Origin: Pseudomonadales bacterium
GTDB taxonomy: Bacteria > Patescibacteriota > Microgenomatia > UBA1400 > PJMF01
Assembly: GCA_020632255.1 (NCBI GenBank)
Contig: JACKFX010000004.1
Location: forward strand, 26,515 to 90,514
Direction: 5' to 3'
DNA length: 64,000 nucleotides
In this document: piece after piece, positions 17,826-28,562 of the stretch
Position numbering within the stretch: the first letter of the stretch is position 1
How the letters are laid out: each line of letters begins with the position of its first letter
Program-made: the position numbers and the translations under genes
The notes under the pieces: generated by a model
Seen by the model: the letters and a program-made list of their open reading frames with translations, nothing else
Databases searched by the model: none
What the model was told of the DNA's origin: nothing

Positions 17826-20591
17826 TTATTCCTCGTCTTCTCCTTCAACTTTTTTGAAGGTAAGTGCCACTGCGACGACTTCATCGGTCTTTTTGAGTCG
17901 CATGAGGATCACCCCTTGAGTTGGACGGGTTAGTACAGGAATTGATTTCTTGCTGAGCGGTAACTTAATGGTTTGCCCTTCTTTGGTGGTGATCACCACC
18001 TCTTTGTGCTCGGCAGAAATGACTTTGCGAGCACTTGCAACTTTACCGGTTTTGGTGGTAATTTCGGCAACTTTGACACCCATGCCAGAACGCTTTTGAA
18101 CTGGGTATTGGTCTAAGTTAGTACGCTTACCCATGCCGTTTTTGGTGATGAGCAGAAGTTGGCGCTCGGGAGCGTTCTTTTGAAGGTCTTCTGAGGCGCT
18201 GAGGACCTCAAAACCGACGACATAGTCTTCTTTCTTGAGTGTAATGCCTTTTACACCCTTGGTGTCACGGTTTGAGCTCTTAACTTCTGTTTCTGAGAAG
18301 CGGATTGACTTACCATCGTGAGTGATCAGCATAATCTCATCTTCACCCGCACTGAGGCGGCTTTGGACGAGACTGTCACCCTTGTTCAGTGTGATAGCGA
18401 TAATGCCATTCTGGCGAATGTTTTCATAGAGCTTAACGGCTGTTTTTTTAACCAGACCCTTTTGTGTAGCCAAACAGATGTATTTTTCAGCATCATTTTT
18501 TGGATCAACAACCAAAATTGATTGAACCACTTCATCGTGTTCAAGGTTAATAAGATTTACCATGGCGGTGCCTTTAGCCTGGCGGGAAGATTCTGGGATT
18601 TCGAAGCCACGGAGCTTGAAAACTTTGCCTTGGTTTGTGAAAACTAGTAAGTAGTCGTGAGTGTTAATCGTTAACAAGGTAGTGACCATGTCTTCTGCTT
18701 TCATCTTTACCCCCACGCTACCCTTGCCTCCGCGTGATTGGGTGCGGAAAGCAGCTGGGTTTAGGCGTTTGATGTAGCCAGATTCAGTCAGAGTGATAAC
18801 TGCTTCTTCATTTGGAACTAAGTCTTCTTCGCTGAACTCGCCGACCTTACCCTTGATGAGCTTGGTTTTACGCTCGTCTCCATAGAGGGTGATTAATTCG
18901 TCTGTTTCATCTTTAATAACCTTAAGAATGTTTGCAGGCTTTGAAAGCAAGGCAATGAGTTTTTCGAGAGTTTTCTTAACTTCGTCATATTCATCCTCAA
19001 TCTTTTTACGCTCAAGTGCAGCCAGGCGCTTAAGTTGCATATCCAAGATTGCAGTTGCCTGGACGTGTGAAAGGCCAAACTTGTTCATCAATGCTTCGCG
19101 GGCTGCATCGGTATCGGCTGAACGGCGAATGATCTCGATGACGTCATCGAGATTGCCAAGAGCAATGAGTAGGCCTTCTAAAATGTGAGCGCGATCTCGA
19201 GCTTGGATTAACTCTTGTTGGCTGCGGCGAACCACAATAAGTTGGCGGTGAGCGATGTACTCCATCAAGATTTGACGAATGTTTAAAAGTTGTGGGGTAC
19301 CCTCGCTAGTTAGTGCCACCATGTTCATTGAGAAGCTGGTTTGTAACTCCGAATACTTGAATAACTTGTTCAGGACAACTTTTGGTCGAGCATCGCGTTT
19401 GAGATCGATGGTGATTTGCATACCGTTACGGTCTGAGTCGTCATTAAGATCTCGAATGCCATTTACTTTTTTATCTCGAGCTAACTCAGCAATTTTTTGG
19501 AGTAAGCGAGCTTTGTTGACTTGGTATGGAATTTCGGTAACGACAATTTGGAAGCCACCTTTTTTCTTTTCTTCAATAGAAGCTTTTGAACGAATGATGA
19601 CTCGGCCCTTTCCAGTTTTATAGCCTTCTTTAATAGCGTTGAAATCATAAATTATACCGCCAGTTGGGAAGTCAGGCCCGTTGATGTACTCCATGATATC
19701 ATCGATGCTGCTGTCAGTTTGGAAGTTTCCGGCCATTACCCGAGGCTCGGTGGTCAAGAGTAGATCGATTTGTTGATGCATGGTCTTAATTTCATCGGCA
19801 GTGTTAGCGCCTTTTTTGCTTTGAGGTCGTTCTGGAAGTTCGAATGTTGCATCTGTTGGACGAGACGATGTCCCAGCGTCAATCATGGCGTTGATAGCAC
19901 TACAAACCTCTGTCAAGTTATGAGGAGGAATTTTGGTAGCCATACCCACCGCAATACCTTCGGCGCCCATCAGGAGTAAGTTTGGCAGTTTTGCAGGCAA
20001 AACGGCTGGCTCTTGGAGTGATCCATCAAAGTTATCAACGAATGGCACCGTGTTTTTATCGATGTCAGACAGCAATTCCTGAGAAATTTTCGCCATTCGA
20101 GCCTCGGTATAACGCATCGCAGCAGGGCTGTCGCCATCAACAGAACCAAAGTTACCCTGACCATCAATGAGTTCGTAGCGCATGCTAAAGTCTTGAGCCA
20201 AACGGACCAAGGCCATATACACAGAAGAATCACCATGTGGGTGGTACTTACCCAAGACGTCACCAACAATACGAGCAGACTTTTTATACGCACTTTTGTG
20301 GCTGATTCCACTCTTGTGCATCGAGTACAGAATGCGGCGGTGTACCGGCTTGAGTCCGTCACGGACGTCAGGTAGCGCACGAGAGACAATCACACTCATG
20401 GCGTAATCGAGATAACTCTTCTCCATCTCAGACTTAATTGAGATGTACTTGAGCTTTCCAAAGCGACTCTCTTCAATCGTTCCGATGAGAGATTCTGCTT
20501 CTGTCTTAAGAGTTTCTTCGGTAGCGGTCTCAGCAACACTGGTCACTGGTTCTTGCACTTCGTTTTCTGGGTTCTTGTTTTCTTCTGTCAT
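17826..20591 (-). CDS. gyrA: DNA gyrase subunit A
   Basis: The active-site Tyr region ([10 protein letters not shown]), the GyrA box and the C-terminal beta-pinwheel repeats are present. There is an apparent insertion of about 45 aa between …INAMIDAG and GPDFPTGG. Confidence 0.93.
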   Translation of the reverse strand: MTEENKNPENEVQEPVTSVAETATEETLKTEAESLIGTIEESRFGKLKYISIKSEMEKSYLDYAMSVIVSRALPDVRDGLKPVHRRILYSMHKSGISHKSAYKKSARIVGDVLGKYHPHGDSSVYMALVRLAQDFSMRYELIDGQGNFGSVDGDSPAAMRYTEARMAKISQELLSDIDKNTVPFVDNFDGSLQEPAVLPAKLPNLLLMGAEGIAVGMATKIPPHNLTEVCSAINAMIDAGTSSRPTDATFELPERPQSKKGANTADEIKTMHQQIDLLLTTEPRVMAGNFQTDSSIDDIMEYINGPDFPTGGIIYDFNAIKEGYKTGKGRVIIRSKASIEEKKKGGFQIVVTEIPYQVNKARLLQKIAELARDKKVNGIRDLNDDSDRNGMQITIDLKRDARPKVVLNKLFKYSELQTSFSMNMVALTSEGTPQLLNIRQILMEYIAHRQLIVVRRSQQELIQARDRAHILEGLLIALGNLDDVIEIIRRSADTDAAREALMNKFGLSHVQATAILDMQLKRLAALERKKIEDEYDEVKKTLEKLIALLSKPANILKVIKDETDELITLYGDERKTKLIKGKVGEFSEEDLVPNEEAVITLTESGYIKRLNPAAFRTQSRGGKGSVGVKMKAEDMVTTLLTINTHDYLLVFTNQGKVFKLRGFEIPESSRQAKGTAMVNLINLEHDEVVQSILVVDPKNDAEKYICLATQKGLVKKTAVKLYENIRQNGIIAITLNKGDSLVQSRLSAGEDEIMLITHDGKSIRFSETEVKSSNRDTKGVKGITLKKEDYVVGFEVLSASEDLQKNAPERQLLLITKNGMGKRTNLDQYPVQKRSGMGVKVAEITTKTGKVASARKVISAEHKEVVITTKEGQTIKLPLSKKSIPVLTRPTQGVILMRLKKTDEVVAVALTFKKVEGEDEE

Positions 20592-20627
20592 AGTCTTTTT
20601 CTAGTTGTTCTTCTCTCCCCTGTTTCT

Positions 20628-21575
20628 TTATGCGAGTGCCTTTTCGATTGCTGGAGCAATTTCCTTTTTACGAGACATTTTTGGACCGATGTCGAGGATG
20701 TTGTCCGTGACGGTGCCTCCAAAAGCGTCTTGGGCAACTTGTGCTTCGGCATTGCCAAGGATGAGGAGTTTGGTATTCACCTTGAGAATGTCGGTGATTG
20801 CCACGAACAAGAGCTCAACTCCAAGTTCAGCTTTGACACTCTGCATCGCAGCCAAGAGTGAGGCCTTCTTTTCTGTCAGAATCATGTCTTGCTCGACTGT
20901 TTCGAGCTGATCAATCATGGTTTTCTTGCCAAACTCAAAGACTTTGAAGTCATTTTTGACAATTTCTTCATCGCTGAGGGCGGAAACATCAGATTTTGCC
21001 TTAAAGATTTCGAGGGTAAACGCTTCGACATCAGAGATTTCTGCAATCTTTGCTAATTCTTCCCCATATTCTTTGTCTTTTGGAGTGGTGGTAGCGCTCT
21101 TGAAGCCAACTGTGTCTGAAAGAATGGCAGCCAGCATGAGGGCTGCAATCGTTTTTGAAGGAGTCACATTTTTTGTTTTCATCATGTGGTACATGATGGT
21201 CGACGTTGATCCCCAAGGTCGGAAGACCAAACAGATTGGTGCGTTAAAGTTAATGTTAGCTTTGTGATGGTCAACGATGTTGACGATCTGATCTGGATTA
21301 ATACCAGTCATGCGTTGGGACTCTTCGTTGTGGTCGACGAGGATGACTTTGTCTTCTGCTGTGATATCTGCAGCAGTGATTTGACGAGGTGCAGTCACGC
21401 CAAACTTCTCGAAAAGAAAGGTGGTTTCTGGATTAAGTGGATCAGCGATAACTGGCACTGAGTTTGCGTGGTCAGGCTGTGTAGGTGTGTTTTCGTGCAA
21501 CTCAGCCAGAGCCATAGCTGCGACGACTGCGTCTGTGTCTGGTTTTTGATGTCCGATGATGTAGGTGGTTGGCAT
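20628..21575 (-). CDS. ppaC: Manganese-dependent inorganic pyrophosphatase, family II (DHH-DHHA2)
   Basis: MPTTYIIGHQKPDTDAVVAAMALA is the N-terminus. The DHH motif (VDHNE) and the DHHA2 C-terminal domain are present. About 315 aa, typical for PpaC. Confidence 0.7.
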   Translation of the reverse strand: MPTTYIIGHQKPDTDAVVAAMALAELHENTPTQPDHANSVPVIADPLNPETTFLFEKFGVTAPRQITAADITAEDKVILVDHNEESQRMTGINPDQIVNIVDHHKANINFNAPICLVFRPWGSTSTIMYHMMKTKNVTPSKTIAALMLAAILSDTVGFKSATTTPKDKEYGEELAKIAEISDVEAFTLEIFKAKSDVSALSDEEIVKNDFKVFEFGKKTMIDQLETVEQDMILTEKKASLLAAMQSVKAELGVELLFVAITDILKVNTKLLILGNAEAQVAQDAFGGTVTDNILDIGPKMSRKKEIAPAIEKALA

Positions 21576-21592
21576 AGAGGTCCTTTATTTTG

Positions 21593-21961
21593 TTACGATT
21601 GGTCGTGTCGCTCTCGAGATTTTTCGAGATCTTTTTGCTTGAGTATTTGCCAAAGCTCTGCAAGTTCAGCATTTTTTTCTGGATTTGTTGCAATCTGCAT
21701 ATACAAGGCAGTTCGTTTTGCTTCTCTCTCGTCATCTGTAATGCTATTTGTCATTAGTTTTTCTTGAGCTACATTGATCTCTTCATACAGACTCTTTAGA
21801 TTCTCAGGAAGTTCAGCTATCCAAGCACTGAAATCATCTGGATATTTGGATTCAAGCTGGTTGATATGTGCAATAGTATCACTCACGTTATCAACCTTTC
21901 TTTCAAATTCTTGAAATCTTGCCGGAGTCTCTGTGACAATTCTGTATCTTTCTTCTGTCAT
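21593..21961 (-). CDS. Hypothetical protein
   Basis: 122 aa ORF between gyrB and ppaC. Charged and helical. Confidence 0.4.
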   Translation of the reverse strand: MTEERYRIVTETPARFQEFERKVDNVSDTIAHINQLESKYPDDFSAWIAELPENLKSLYEEINVAQEKLMTNSITDDEREAKRTALYMQIATNPEKNAELAELWQILKQKDLEKSRERHDQS

Positions 21962-21970
21962 GTTTTCCTT

Positions 21971-23989
21971 TTATATATCAATATTTGCTAACTTCGCATG
22001 CGTCTGAATAAACTTTTTGCGAGGGGCCACGTCGTCACCCATGAGGGTGCTGAAGGTGGCGTCAGCTTTGTCAGCGTCAGCGATGGTCACGCGTTTGAGC
22101 ATACGAGTTTCAGGGTTCATGGTGGTGTCCCAGAGTTGTTCTGGGTTCATTTCACCCAAACCTTTGTAGCGTTGGACACCGATGTTAACATTTTCACTTT
22201 CGAGGCGAATTTCTGCAACAAGTTTATCCTTTTCTTCTTCACTGTAGACATATTTCTCGTTTTTGCCCCATGCAACCTTAAAGAGTGGTGGCATAGCGAT
22301 GTAGAGGTAGCCTTGTTCAACAACATCTGGCAAATGTCTAAAGAAAAACGTCAGTCCTAAGGTAGTAATATGTTCTCCGTCGACGTCAGCGTCATTCATG
22401 AGAATAATGCGGTGATAGCGGAGTTTTTCTGGATCAAATGTTTCTCCAATACCTGCGCCGAGGGCAATAACTAAGTTCTTAACTTCTTCAGAGGCCACAA
22501 TTTTATCAAGGCGAGCGCGCTCGGTGTTTAAGATCTTACCACGAAGTGGGAAGATAGCTTGGAACTTACGGTCTCTACCCTGCTTGGCCGAACCACCTGC
22601 AGAGTCTCCCTCTACGATGTAGATTTCACTGTCGGCTGGGTTTTTGCTTTGGCAGTCCGCCAATTTTCCTGGCAGAGATGAGCCCTCAAAGACACCTTTA
22701 CGGATTACCGCGTCTTTGGCAGCGCGAGCAGCCATGCGAGCGCGGGCGGAGAGCATGATTTTTTCGATGATGGCTTTGCCCGCTTTTGGATGCTCTTCGA
22801 GGAAGGTTTCGAGACCATCTTTAAAGATTTGGTAGACAGCGGTTTGCGCTTCACTATTGTTGAGCTTTGTTTTGGTTTGAGACTCAAACTGGAGGTCATT
22901 TGAAGGCATCTTTACAAAGATGACGGCAGATAAACCTTCGCGCATATCCTCACTTGAGAAACTTTCTTTCTCTTTAAGTAGATTGTGGTCTTTTGCGTAC
23001 TTTCGGAGTACATTACCCAGTCCTAATGTGAAGCCATTTACATGAGCTCCACCATCTGGTGTGTGGATAACGTTTACATAGGATTCGACTCTTTCTTTAT
23101 ATGAATCGTTATATTGAAGTGCAACTTCAATCCCAATCTTTTTGCCAGTGGTGTCGTCGGTCCAGACACCTTCGGTGTACATGACTTTATGCAGTGGCTT
23201 TTTAGTCATGTTGATGTGCTCAACCAGACTGCGAATTCCACCTTCGAAGTAGTAGTGCTCTTCACTGTTTTCGATGGTGTCAATGAGTTGGAAGTAAATA
23301 CCTGCCATCAAGTAGGCGCGGTCTTTAATAATGCTGACTAAGTTTTTATGACTGAAAGAAGTGGTGGAAAAGATGGTGCTATCAGGAATAAACTGCAACA
23401 GAGTTCCGGTCTCGTAGGTCACAAATTGTTGTGATTCGAGTGGGAACATTTTCTTAACCTCAGCTTCCGTAATCTTCTTTACATCTGTGAGGGGTTTTCC
23501 TTGAGTGTAGTACTGATAGTGGTAGGCACCATCACGTTTGACCACAACTTGGACCAAATTTGAAAGTGCGTTAACGGCTGAAGAACCGACACCATGCAGT
23601 CCTCCACTTGCCTGGTAGGCAGTTTCTTCAAATTTACCTCCAGCATGGAGCTTGGTCATAACAACTTGTAATGCTGAAACACCAGAGGTGTGCATATCGA
23701 CAGGAATACCACGTCCGTTATCGACCACGGTGATGGCTTCTGTTTCTGTTAACTCAACTGCAGCGAGTTTGCGCTCACGGTCCCCTACTTCAGTGTGATA
23801 GAGCTGAATAGCTTTTCCATACCCTGCAATAGCTTCATCAACAGCATTGTCGAGAATTTCTTTTGCCAAGTGATGAAGACCTCGACCATCGGTAGATCCG
23901 ATGTACATACCTGGACGCTTGCGAACTGGTTCGAGTCCTTCAAGTACCTTAATTTCTGATGCTTGATAGTGAGAGTTAGTATTTGCCAT
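21971..23989 (-). CDS. gyrB: DNA gyrase subunit B
   Basis: GHKL ATPase N-terminus (LEGLEPVRKRPGMYIGS…), the Toprim domain (EGDSAGG) and the C-terminal tail are present. Confidence 0.93.
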   Translation of the reverse strand: MANTNSHYQASEIKVLEGLEPVRKRPGMYIGSTDGRGLHHLAKEILDNAVDEAIAGYGKAIQLYHTEVGDRERKLAAVELTETEAITVVDNGRGIPVDMHTSGVSALQVVMTKLHAGGKFEETAYQASGGLHGVGSSAVNALSNLVQVVVKRDGAYHYQYYTQGKPLTDVKKITEAEVKKMFPLESQQFVTYETGTLLQFIPDSTIFSTTSFSHKNLVSIIKDRAYLMAGIYFQLIDTIENSEEHYYFEGGIRSLVEHINMTKKPLHKVMYTEGVWTDDTTGKKIGIEVALQYNDSYKERVESYVNVIHTPDGGAHVNGFTLGLGNVLRKYAKDHNLLKEKESFSSEDMREGLSAVIFVKMPSNDLQFESQTKTKLNNSEAQTAVYQIFKDGLETFLEEHPKAGKAIIEKIMLSARARMAARAAKDAVIRKGVFEGSSLPGKLADCQSKNPADSEIYIVEGDSAGGSAKQGRDRKFQAIFPLRGKILNTERARLDKIVASEEVKNLVIALGAGIGETFDPEKLRYHRIILMNDADVDGEHITTLGLTFFFRHLPDVVEQGYLYIAMPPLFKVAWGKNEKYVYSEEEKDKLVAEIRLESENVNIGVQRYKGLGEMNPEQLWDTTMNPETRMLKRVTIADADKADATFSTLMGDDVAPRKKFIQTHAKLANIDI

Positions 23990-24317
23990 ATCCATTCTAA
24001 GAAGTAGTTTACCGGAGACACTTTTATAGCATATCTTTGAACAAATGACAAAGATCCACTTGATGGGCAGTCGAGTCGTGGAGTGTGTTTCTTTTGAACT
24101 ACGAGTTACTAGTACAAAATGATACTAACACAATTTGGGGCGCGATAATAGGTTCACTTTCCTCGAGAAGAGCCACTGAGCACTTCTATTTCCGGCTTTT
24201 TCTTTGTTTTGAGAGTCTATATATACTAAAATGTATCATACTATTAGGTAACATATATTACTATTTAGCAATAACTCAACAACGTCTTTGCACTCGAATG
24301 TTTTTTTCAAAGCTATT

Positions 24318-24974
24318 TCAAATAAGTTGTAAAAAAGCCTCCTCAACCACTAACTGCACATTGCAGTTGGCTTCGAGTTGCCTCTTGAGAGAAATGACCA
24401 CTTTGAGATCTTCTCGAAGTTTTTCTGAAGGTCGTTTTTCAAGTTGGGCATGGAGTTCAGTTAGTAGGGTGACAGTTAGAGTTAACGCTGCAGCCCTATC
24501 TGTGTAGTTCTCTGCTAGGTTTAAGGCCACTGGAATGTCTGTGCCTACAAGTTGGGAGTAGATTTCAGCGGCTTCAGTTGTTTCAGGAGCAGCGACTGTT
24601 TTAACAGAAAGTACACAGCGCGACTGAATGGTGGGTAAAATGGCTGAGAGCTCATGTCCAACCAGAAGTAGTTGAGTGTGGGCAGGTGGCTCTTCAACAA
24701 TTTTCAGGAGTGCATTCTGAGCAGGAATAGTGGCGGAATCGATGCCGATGATGATGACGTAGCGGGGGTGCTTGGCGGTTTGGGCGAAGCTTAGGTGTTC
24801 CTGCAGATTGCGGACAGTGGCTATTTTAAGCGCGCTCTCTTCCTCACCAAACCAAGCCAAGTGTGGATAGAAATCACTTTCAATACTCCATTTTTCTTGC
24901 AGATACTCTGTTGCTGCTGTTTTCATATTTCCAGAAGTAAGCAGCAGATGTGAGGTCAAAAAGGATGTTTCCAT
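24318..24974 (-). CDS. holB: DNA polymerase III delta-prime-like clamp-loader subunit, short form
   Basis: NALLKIVEEPPAHTQLLL…TIQSRC is the clamp-loader sensor motif. Confidence 0.6.
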   Translation of the reverse strand: METSFLTSHLLLTSGNMKTAATEYLQEKWSIESDFYPHLAWFGEEESALKIATVRNLQEHLSFAQTAKHPRYVIIIGIDSATIPAQNALLKIVEEPPAHTQLLLVGHELSAILPTIQSRCVLSVKTVAAPETTEAAEIYSQLVGTDIPVALNLAENYTDRAAALTLTVTLLTELHAQLEKRPSEKLREDLKVVISLKRQLEANCNVQLVVEEAFLQLI

Positions 24975-25087
24975 GAATATGTGATCTAATTTGTTCCGAG
25001 TGTTGTATAGAGACAGTCTATTGTTGTCAGGATTATTTTACAGTATAGTGGGTAGTAGAACACCGTTAAAATGCTCTAAACGTAGCT

Positions 25088-27427
25088 ATGCAAGATCCTG
25101 CCCAAGATCCAAAACCACTGCAAATTCCAGAAAACAAGCCCGTTGGTGTAACGAGTAATCCTGCTGGTGGAGTTGGTGCAAGTAATTTGGCAGTGACTCC
25201 AAGTGACGATAGCTCTGCAGTTTCTACTGCATCGGCAATTGATCAATCTCTTCAAGAAGAAAATGCAGTCGGCGCTGCAGATTTGTCTGCTGCAGCTGGT
25301 GCGGTTGATCAGCTGCTTGCCAGCGCAGATGCGGGTGTGGATGCCCCTGCAGTTTCGGCAGTTGCAGATACTGAGACACCATCCGAACCGCCAGAAAAAG
25401 TTCCAGTGGAAACTCCTTCTGAGCCTACTCCAACTGAAACAATCGAACCAATCGAGACAACTGAATTACCAGCTGAATCTACTTCTCCACCAACTCAAGC
25501 TGAGCCGGTTGCAGACACCCCTGTGCTTTCAGCATCCCCAGAAGAAACAAAAACAGAGGAAACAGTAGAACCACAGAAAGAATCGGCTACTGAGACTCCT
25601 CCATTGGCACCTGCTCCAGTGACTCCTGTAGTAGCTGAAACACCTCCAGTTTCTGAAACACAACCAGTTTCTGAAACACAACCAGTTTCTAATGGCAAGC
25701 CAAACTCAATGCTCGATATTTTGCTTAACAATGGCTCGATTACCAAGGAAGCTTACAACCAGATTAATGTAGAACAAATAAGTACTGGTACCCCAGTCGA
25801 GCAGATTTTATCCGAAAAAAACTACGCTAGCGAAGAAGCGATTACGCAAGCAAAGGCTGAGTTTAACGGCATTGAATTTTTGAAGATTGCTGATACGGGA
25901 ACTGACCCGCAGGCGCTCAACCAATTGCCAGAAAGTGTAGCACGCACTTATAAGATGCTGCCAATCAGTTTTAACAAAGCTGAGAATACCATGGTGGTTG
26001 CCATGATTAACCCACTTGATTTGGCAGCAATCGACTTTGCCGAGAAAAAATCAGGTGTTCGCATACAAGCTAAGTATGCTATGCCATCTGAGTTGGAACG
26101 TACGTTGGCCGAGCATTACTCACAATCACTCTCGAGTGAGGTGACCGAAGCACTGCAAGAAACCAGTCAGGTCGCGCAAGCAAAGCAACAAAAGCAAGAT
26201 TTTTCTCAACTTTCTGGAGAGACAATTCGGCAAGCTCCTATTACCAAGATCGTCCACACTATTGTTGAGTTCGCTATGAAGGCGTTGGCTTCAGATATTC
26301 ACATTGAGCCACAAGAAAACCGCACTCGTGTGCGCTATCGTATTGACGGTATTTTGCAAGAGAAGCTCATTTTGCCATCATCGGTGCATGATGCGGTGGT
26401 TTCTCGTATCAAAATTCTGTCTAACTTAAAGATTGACGAAAAGCGTGTGCCACAGGATGGTCGTTTTAACTTCCAAGCCAATGATCAAGAAGTGGACTTG
26501 CGTGTCTCTACGCTGCCGACAATTCACGGCGAAAAAATCGTGATGCGTCTTCTCAAAAAAGACCAATCTGTGCCAGACTTGCCTTCACTGGGCATGGAAG
26601 GCCTTGCCCTCAAGCATGTCAATGAAGCAATTGTAGTTCCACACGGAATTGTCTTGGTGACAGGTCCTACTGGATCTGGTAAAACCACGACGCTCTACTC
26701 TATTTTGCACAAGATTAACTCACCAAAAGTGAACATTATGACACTTGAGGATCCAGTGGAGTACCAGATGTCAGGTATTAACCAGGTGCAGATCAATCCT
26801 CAGGCAGGTTTGACTTTTGCTTCAGGACTCCGTTCGTTCTTGCGTCAGGACCCTAACATTATCATGGTGGGAGAAATTCGTGACTCAGAGACAGCGGAGC
26901 TGGCTGTGCAGGCCGCACTGACTGGTCACTTGGTCTTCTCCACGTTGCACACTTCCAGTGCGGCTGGAGCCCTCCCTCGTCTTTTGGATATGGGTGCAGA
27001 GCCGTTTCTTTTGGCTTCCTCTATCACTTTGGTGATGGCGCAGCGTGTGCTTCGTCGTATCAATGAACCATATAAAGAACAGTACAAGCCAGAGGCAGCA
27101 GTACTCAAGGATATTCAGGACGTCTTAGGGCCTCGATTCGACCAGTGGTGTAAGACCAATAACAAGAAGCCTGAAGATATCATGCTTTATCGATGCAAGA
27201 AAGAACGTCCACAGACAGAGCCAGAATATCGTGGTCGTGTGGCTATTTTTGAAGTCATGCCAATTAGTGAACCAATTTCTAAAATGATTTTGGAGCGTCG
27301 TCCAGCGTCAGATATGGAAAAGTATGCTATGACGGAAGGTATGTTGTTGATGAAACAAGATGGGTACATTAAAGCACTCAATGGAGTTACTACTATTGAA
27401 GAAGTTCTACGTGTGGCACAAATTTAA
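25088..27427 (+). CDS. pilB: Type IV pilus assembly ATPase PilB/GspE, with a roughly 220-aa low-complexity Pro/Thr/Glu-rich N-terminal extension
   Basis: GSPII-like N-domains are followed by the Walker A GPTGSGKTT, the Asp box, Walker B (MVGEIRD) and the His box. Confidence 0.9.
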   Translation: MQDPAQDPKPLQIPENKPVGVTSNPAGGVGASNLAVTPSDDSSAVSTASAIDQSLQEENAVGAADLSAAAGAVDQLLASADAGVDAPAVSAVADTETPSEPPEKVPVETPSEPTPTETIEPIETTELPAESTSPPTQAEPVADTPVLSASPEETKTEETVEPQKESATETPPLAPAPVTPVVAETPPVSETQPVSETQPVSNGKPNSMLDILLNNGSITKEAYNQINVEQISTGTPVEQILSEKNYASEEAITQAKAEFNGIEFLKIADTGTDPQALNQLPESVARTYKMLPISFNKAENTMVVAMINPLDLAAIDFAEKKSGVRIQAKYAMPSELERTLAEHYSQSLSSEVTEALQETSQVAQAKQQKQDFSQLSGETIRQAPITKIVHTIVEFAMKALASDIHIEPQENRTRVRYRIDGILQEKLILPSSVHDAVVSRIKILSNLKIDEKRVPQDGRFNFQANDQEVDLRVSTLPTIHGEKIVMRLLKKDQSVPDLPSLGMEGLALKHVNEAIVVPHGIVLVTGPTGSGKTTTLYSILHKINSPKVNIMTLEDPVEYQMSGINQVQINPQAGLTFASGLRSFLRQDPNIIMVGEIRDSETAELAVQAALTGHLVFSTLHTSSAAGALPRLLDMGAEPFLLASSITLVMAQRVLRRINEPYKEQYKPEAAVLKDIQDVLGPRFDQWCKTNNKKPEDIMLYRCKKERPQTEPEYRGRVAIFEVMPISEPISKMILERRPASDMEKYAMTEGMLLMKQDGYIKALNGVTTIEEVLRVAQI
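25637..25690 (+). repeat. Tandem 18-bp coding repeats (gaaacacaaccagtttct ×2 plus one variant), encoding ETPPVS/ETQPVS
   Basis: Read directly. They lie within the pilB N-terminal extension. Confidence 0.6.
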
Positions 27428-27463
27428 AAACCTACAAGAAGGAATCAAACCAAAGGGAGAAAT

Positions 27464-28531
27464 ATGAATATTCACGACATTATGCAGATCCTGGTAGAGC
27501 AGGAAGGATCAGACATCCACATTTCCGTTGGTTCCCCACCGATGACTCGTATCAATGGTGTACTTGCCCCGGTTCCGAATTCGCCAATTCTTGGTCCAAA
27601 AGAGTGTGAAGCGTTGATTCATCCAATTCTTACCCAAGAGCAAAAAGACTATGTTGGGGTGAATAAAGAGCTCGACTTTGGATACCAATTTAAGGAGTAT
27701 GGTCGTTTTCGTGTTAATGTCTACCATAGTAAAAATGCTATGACGGCAGCCCTGCGTTTGATTCCTAGTAAAGTTAAGTCGTTAGAAGATTTACATCTAC
27801 CAAATATTTTTGTTGAATTTACTGAGTATAAACAAGGTTTAGTGTTGATTACTGGCCCAACCGGTGAAGGTAAATCAACGTCACTGGCTGCAATGGTTCA
27901 GCGTATAAATGAAACCCGCGCCGAGCATATTATCACCATCGAAGATCCTATCGAGTTTATGTACACGCCTGCTAAAAGTGTGATCTCTCAGCGTGAAATT
28001 AACCAAGACACTCATGGCTGGGATATTGCGCTTAAGTCTGTTCTGCGTGAAGACCCAGATGTCGTGCTGATTGGTGAAATGCGTGACTACGAAACTATTG
28101 CTTCGGCAATTACGATTGCCGAAACTGGTCACTTGGTGTTTGCCACTTTGCATACTGCTAGTGCTGCTCAGACCATTGACCGCATCATTGATGTCTTCCC
28201 TGCCCATCAACAGGGACAGATCAGACAGCAGTTGGCCGCAACGCTGAAAGTTGTGGCTTCTCAGCGTTTGTTACCAAAGACTTCCGGTGGCCGTGTGGCA
28301 GCTTTTGAGATTATGGTTACTAATCCAGCTATTCGTAACTTGATTCGTGAAGCTAAGACTCACCAGATTGATAACGTCATGCAGACCTCTGCTGGAGAAG
28401 GAATGGTGCTGATTGAAACTCATCTGCAGCAACTCGTACAGCAAGGTGTGATTTCTGAGGCAAGCGCTCGTGAGTATGCATTCAGAAAGGAAGATGCTGA
28501 TCGTCTCCTTGGAAAGGGAAAGATCTCGTAG
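27464..28531 (+). CDS. pilT: Twitching-motility ATPase PilT
   Basis: MNIHDIMQILVEQEGSDIHISVGSPP… is followed by the Walker A GPTGEGKST and the PilT signature AIRNLIRE. Confidence 0.9.
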   Translation: MNIHDIMQILVEQEGSDIHISVGSPPMTRINGVLAPVPNSPILGPKECEALIHPILTQEQKDYVGVNKELDFGYQFKEYGRFRVNVYHSKNAMTAALRLIPSKVKSLEDLHLPNIFVEFTEYKQGLVLITGPTGEGKSTSLAAMVQRINETRAEHIITIEDPIEFMYTPAKSVISQREINQDTHGWDIALKSVLREDPDVVLIGEMRDYETIASAITIAETGHLVFATLHTASAAQTIDRIIDVFPAHQQGQIRQQLAATLKVVASQRLLPKTSGGRVAAFEIMVTNPAIRNLIREAKTHQIDNVMQTSAGEGMVLIETHLQQLVQQGVISEASAREYAFRKEDADRLLGKGKIS

Positions 28532-28562
28532 CTATTTGTTAGACTTGATGCGAGGATGAGAT

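Noticed and set aside
18318-20389. Several antisense or internal ORFs of 60–139 aa inside gyrA, such as 18889..19188, 19279..19623 and 19970..20389
   Set aside because: They lie entirely inside the strongly supported gyrA CDS on the opposite strand or in another frame, and have low-complexity translations. They are typical spurious ORFs.
21998-23341. Antisense ORFs within gyrB, and the 21502..21735 ORF inside the ppaC-gyrB spacer gene
   Set aside because: They overlap well-supported genes and have no motifs. Judged spurious.
23990-24320. Looked for DnaA boxes (TTATCCACA) upstream of gyrB as a hint of oriC
   Set aside because: Only a partial match (aGATCCACt). There are not enough boxes to call an origin.
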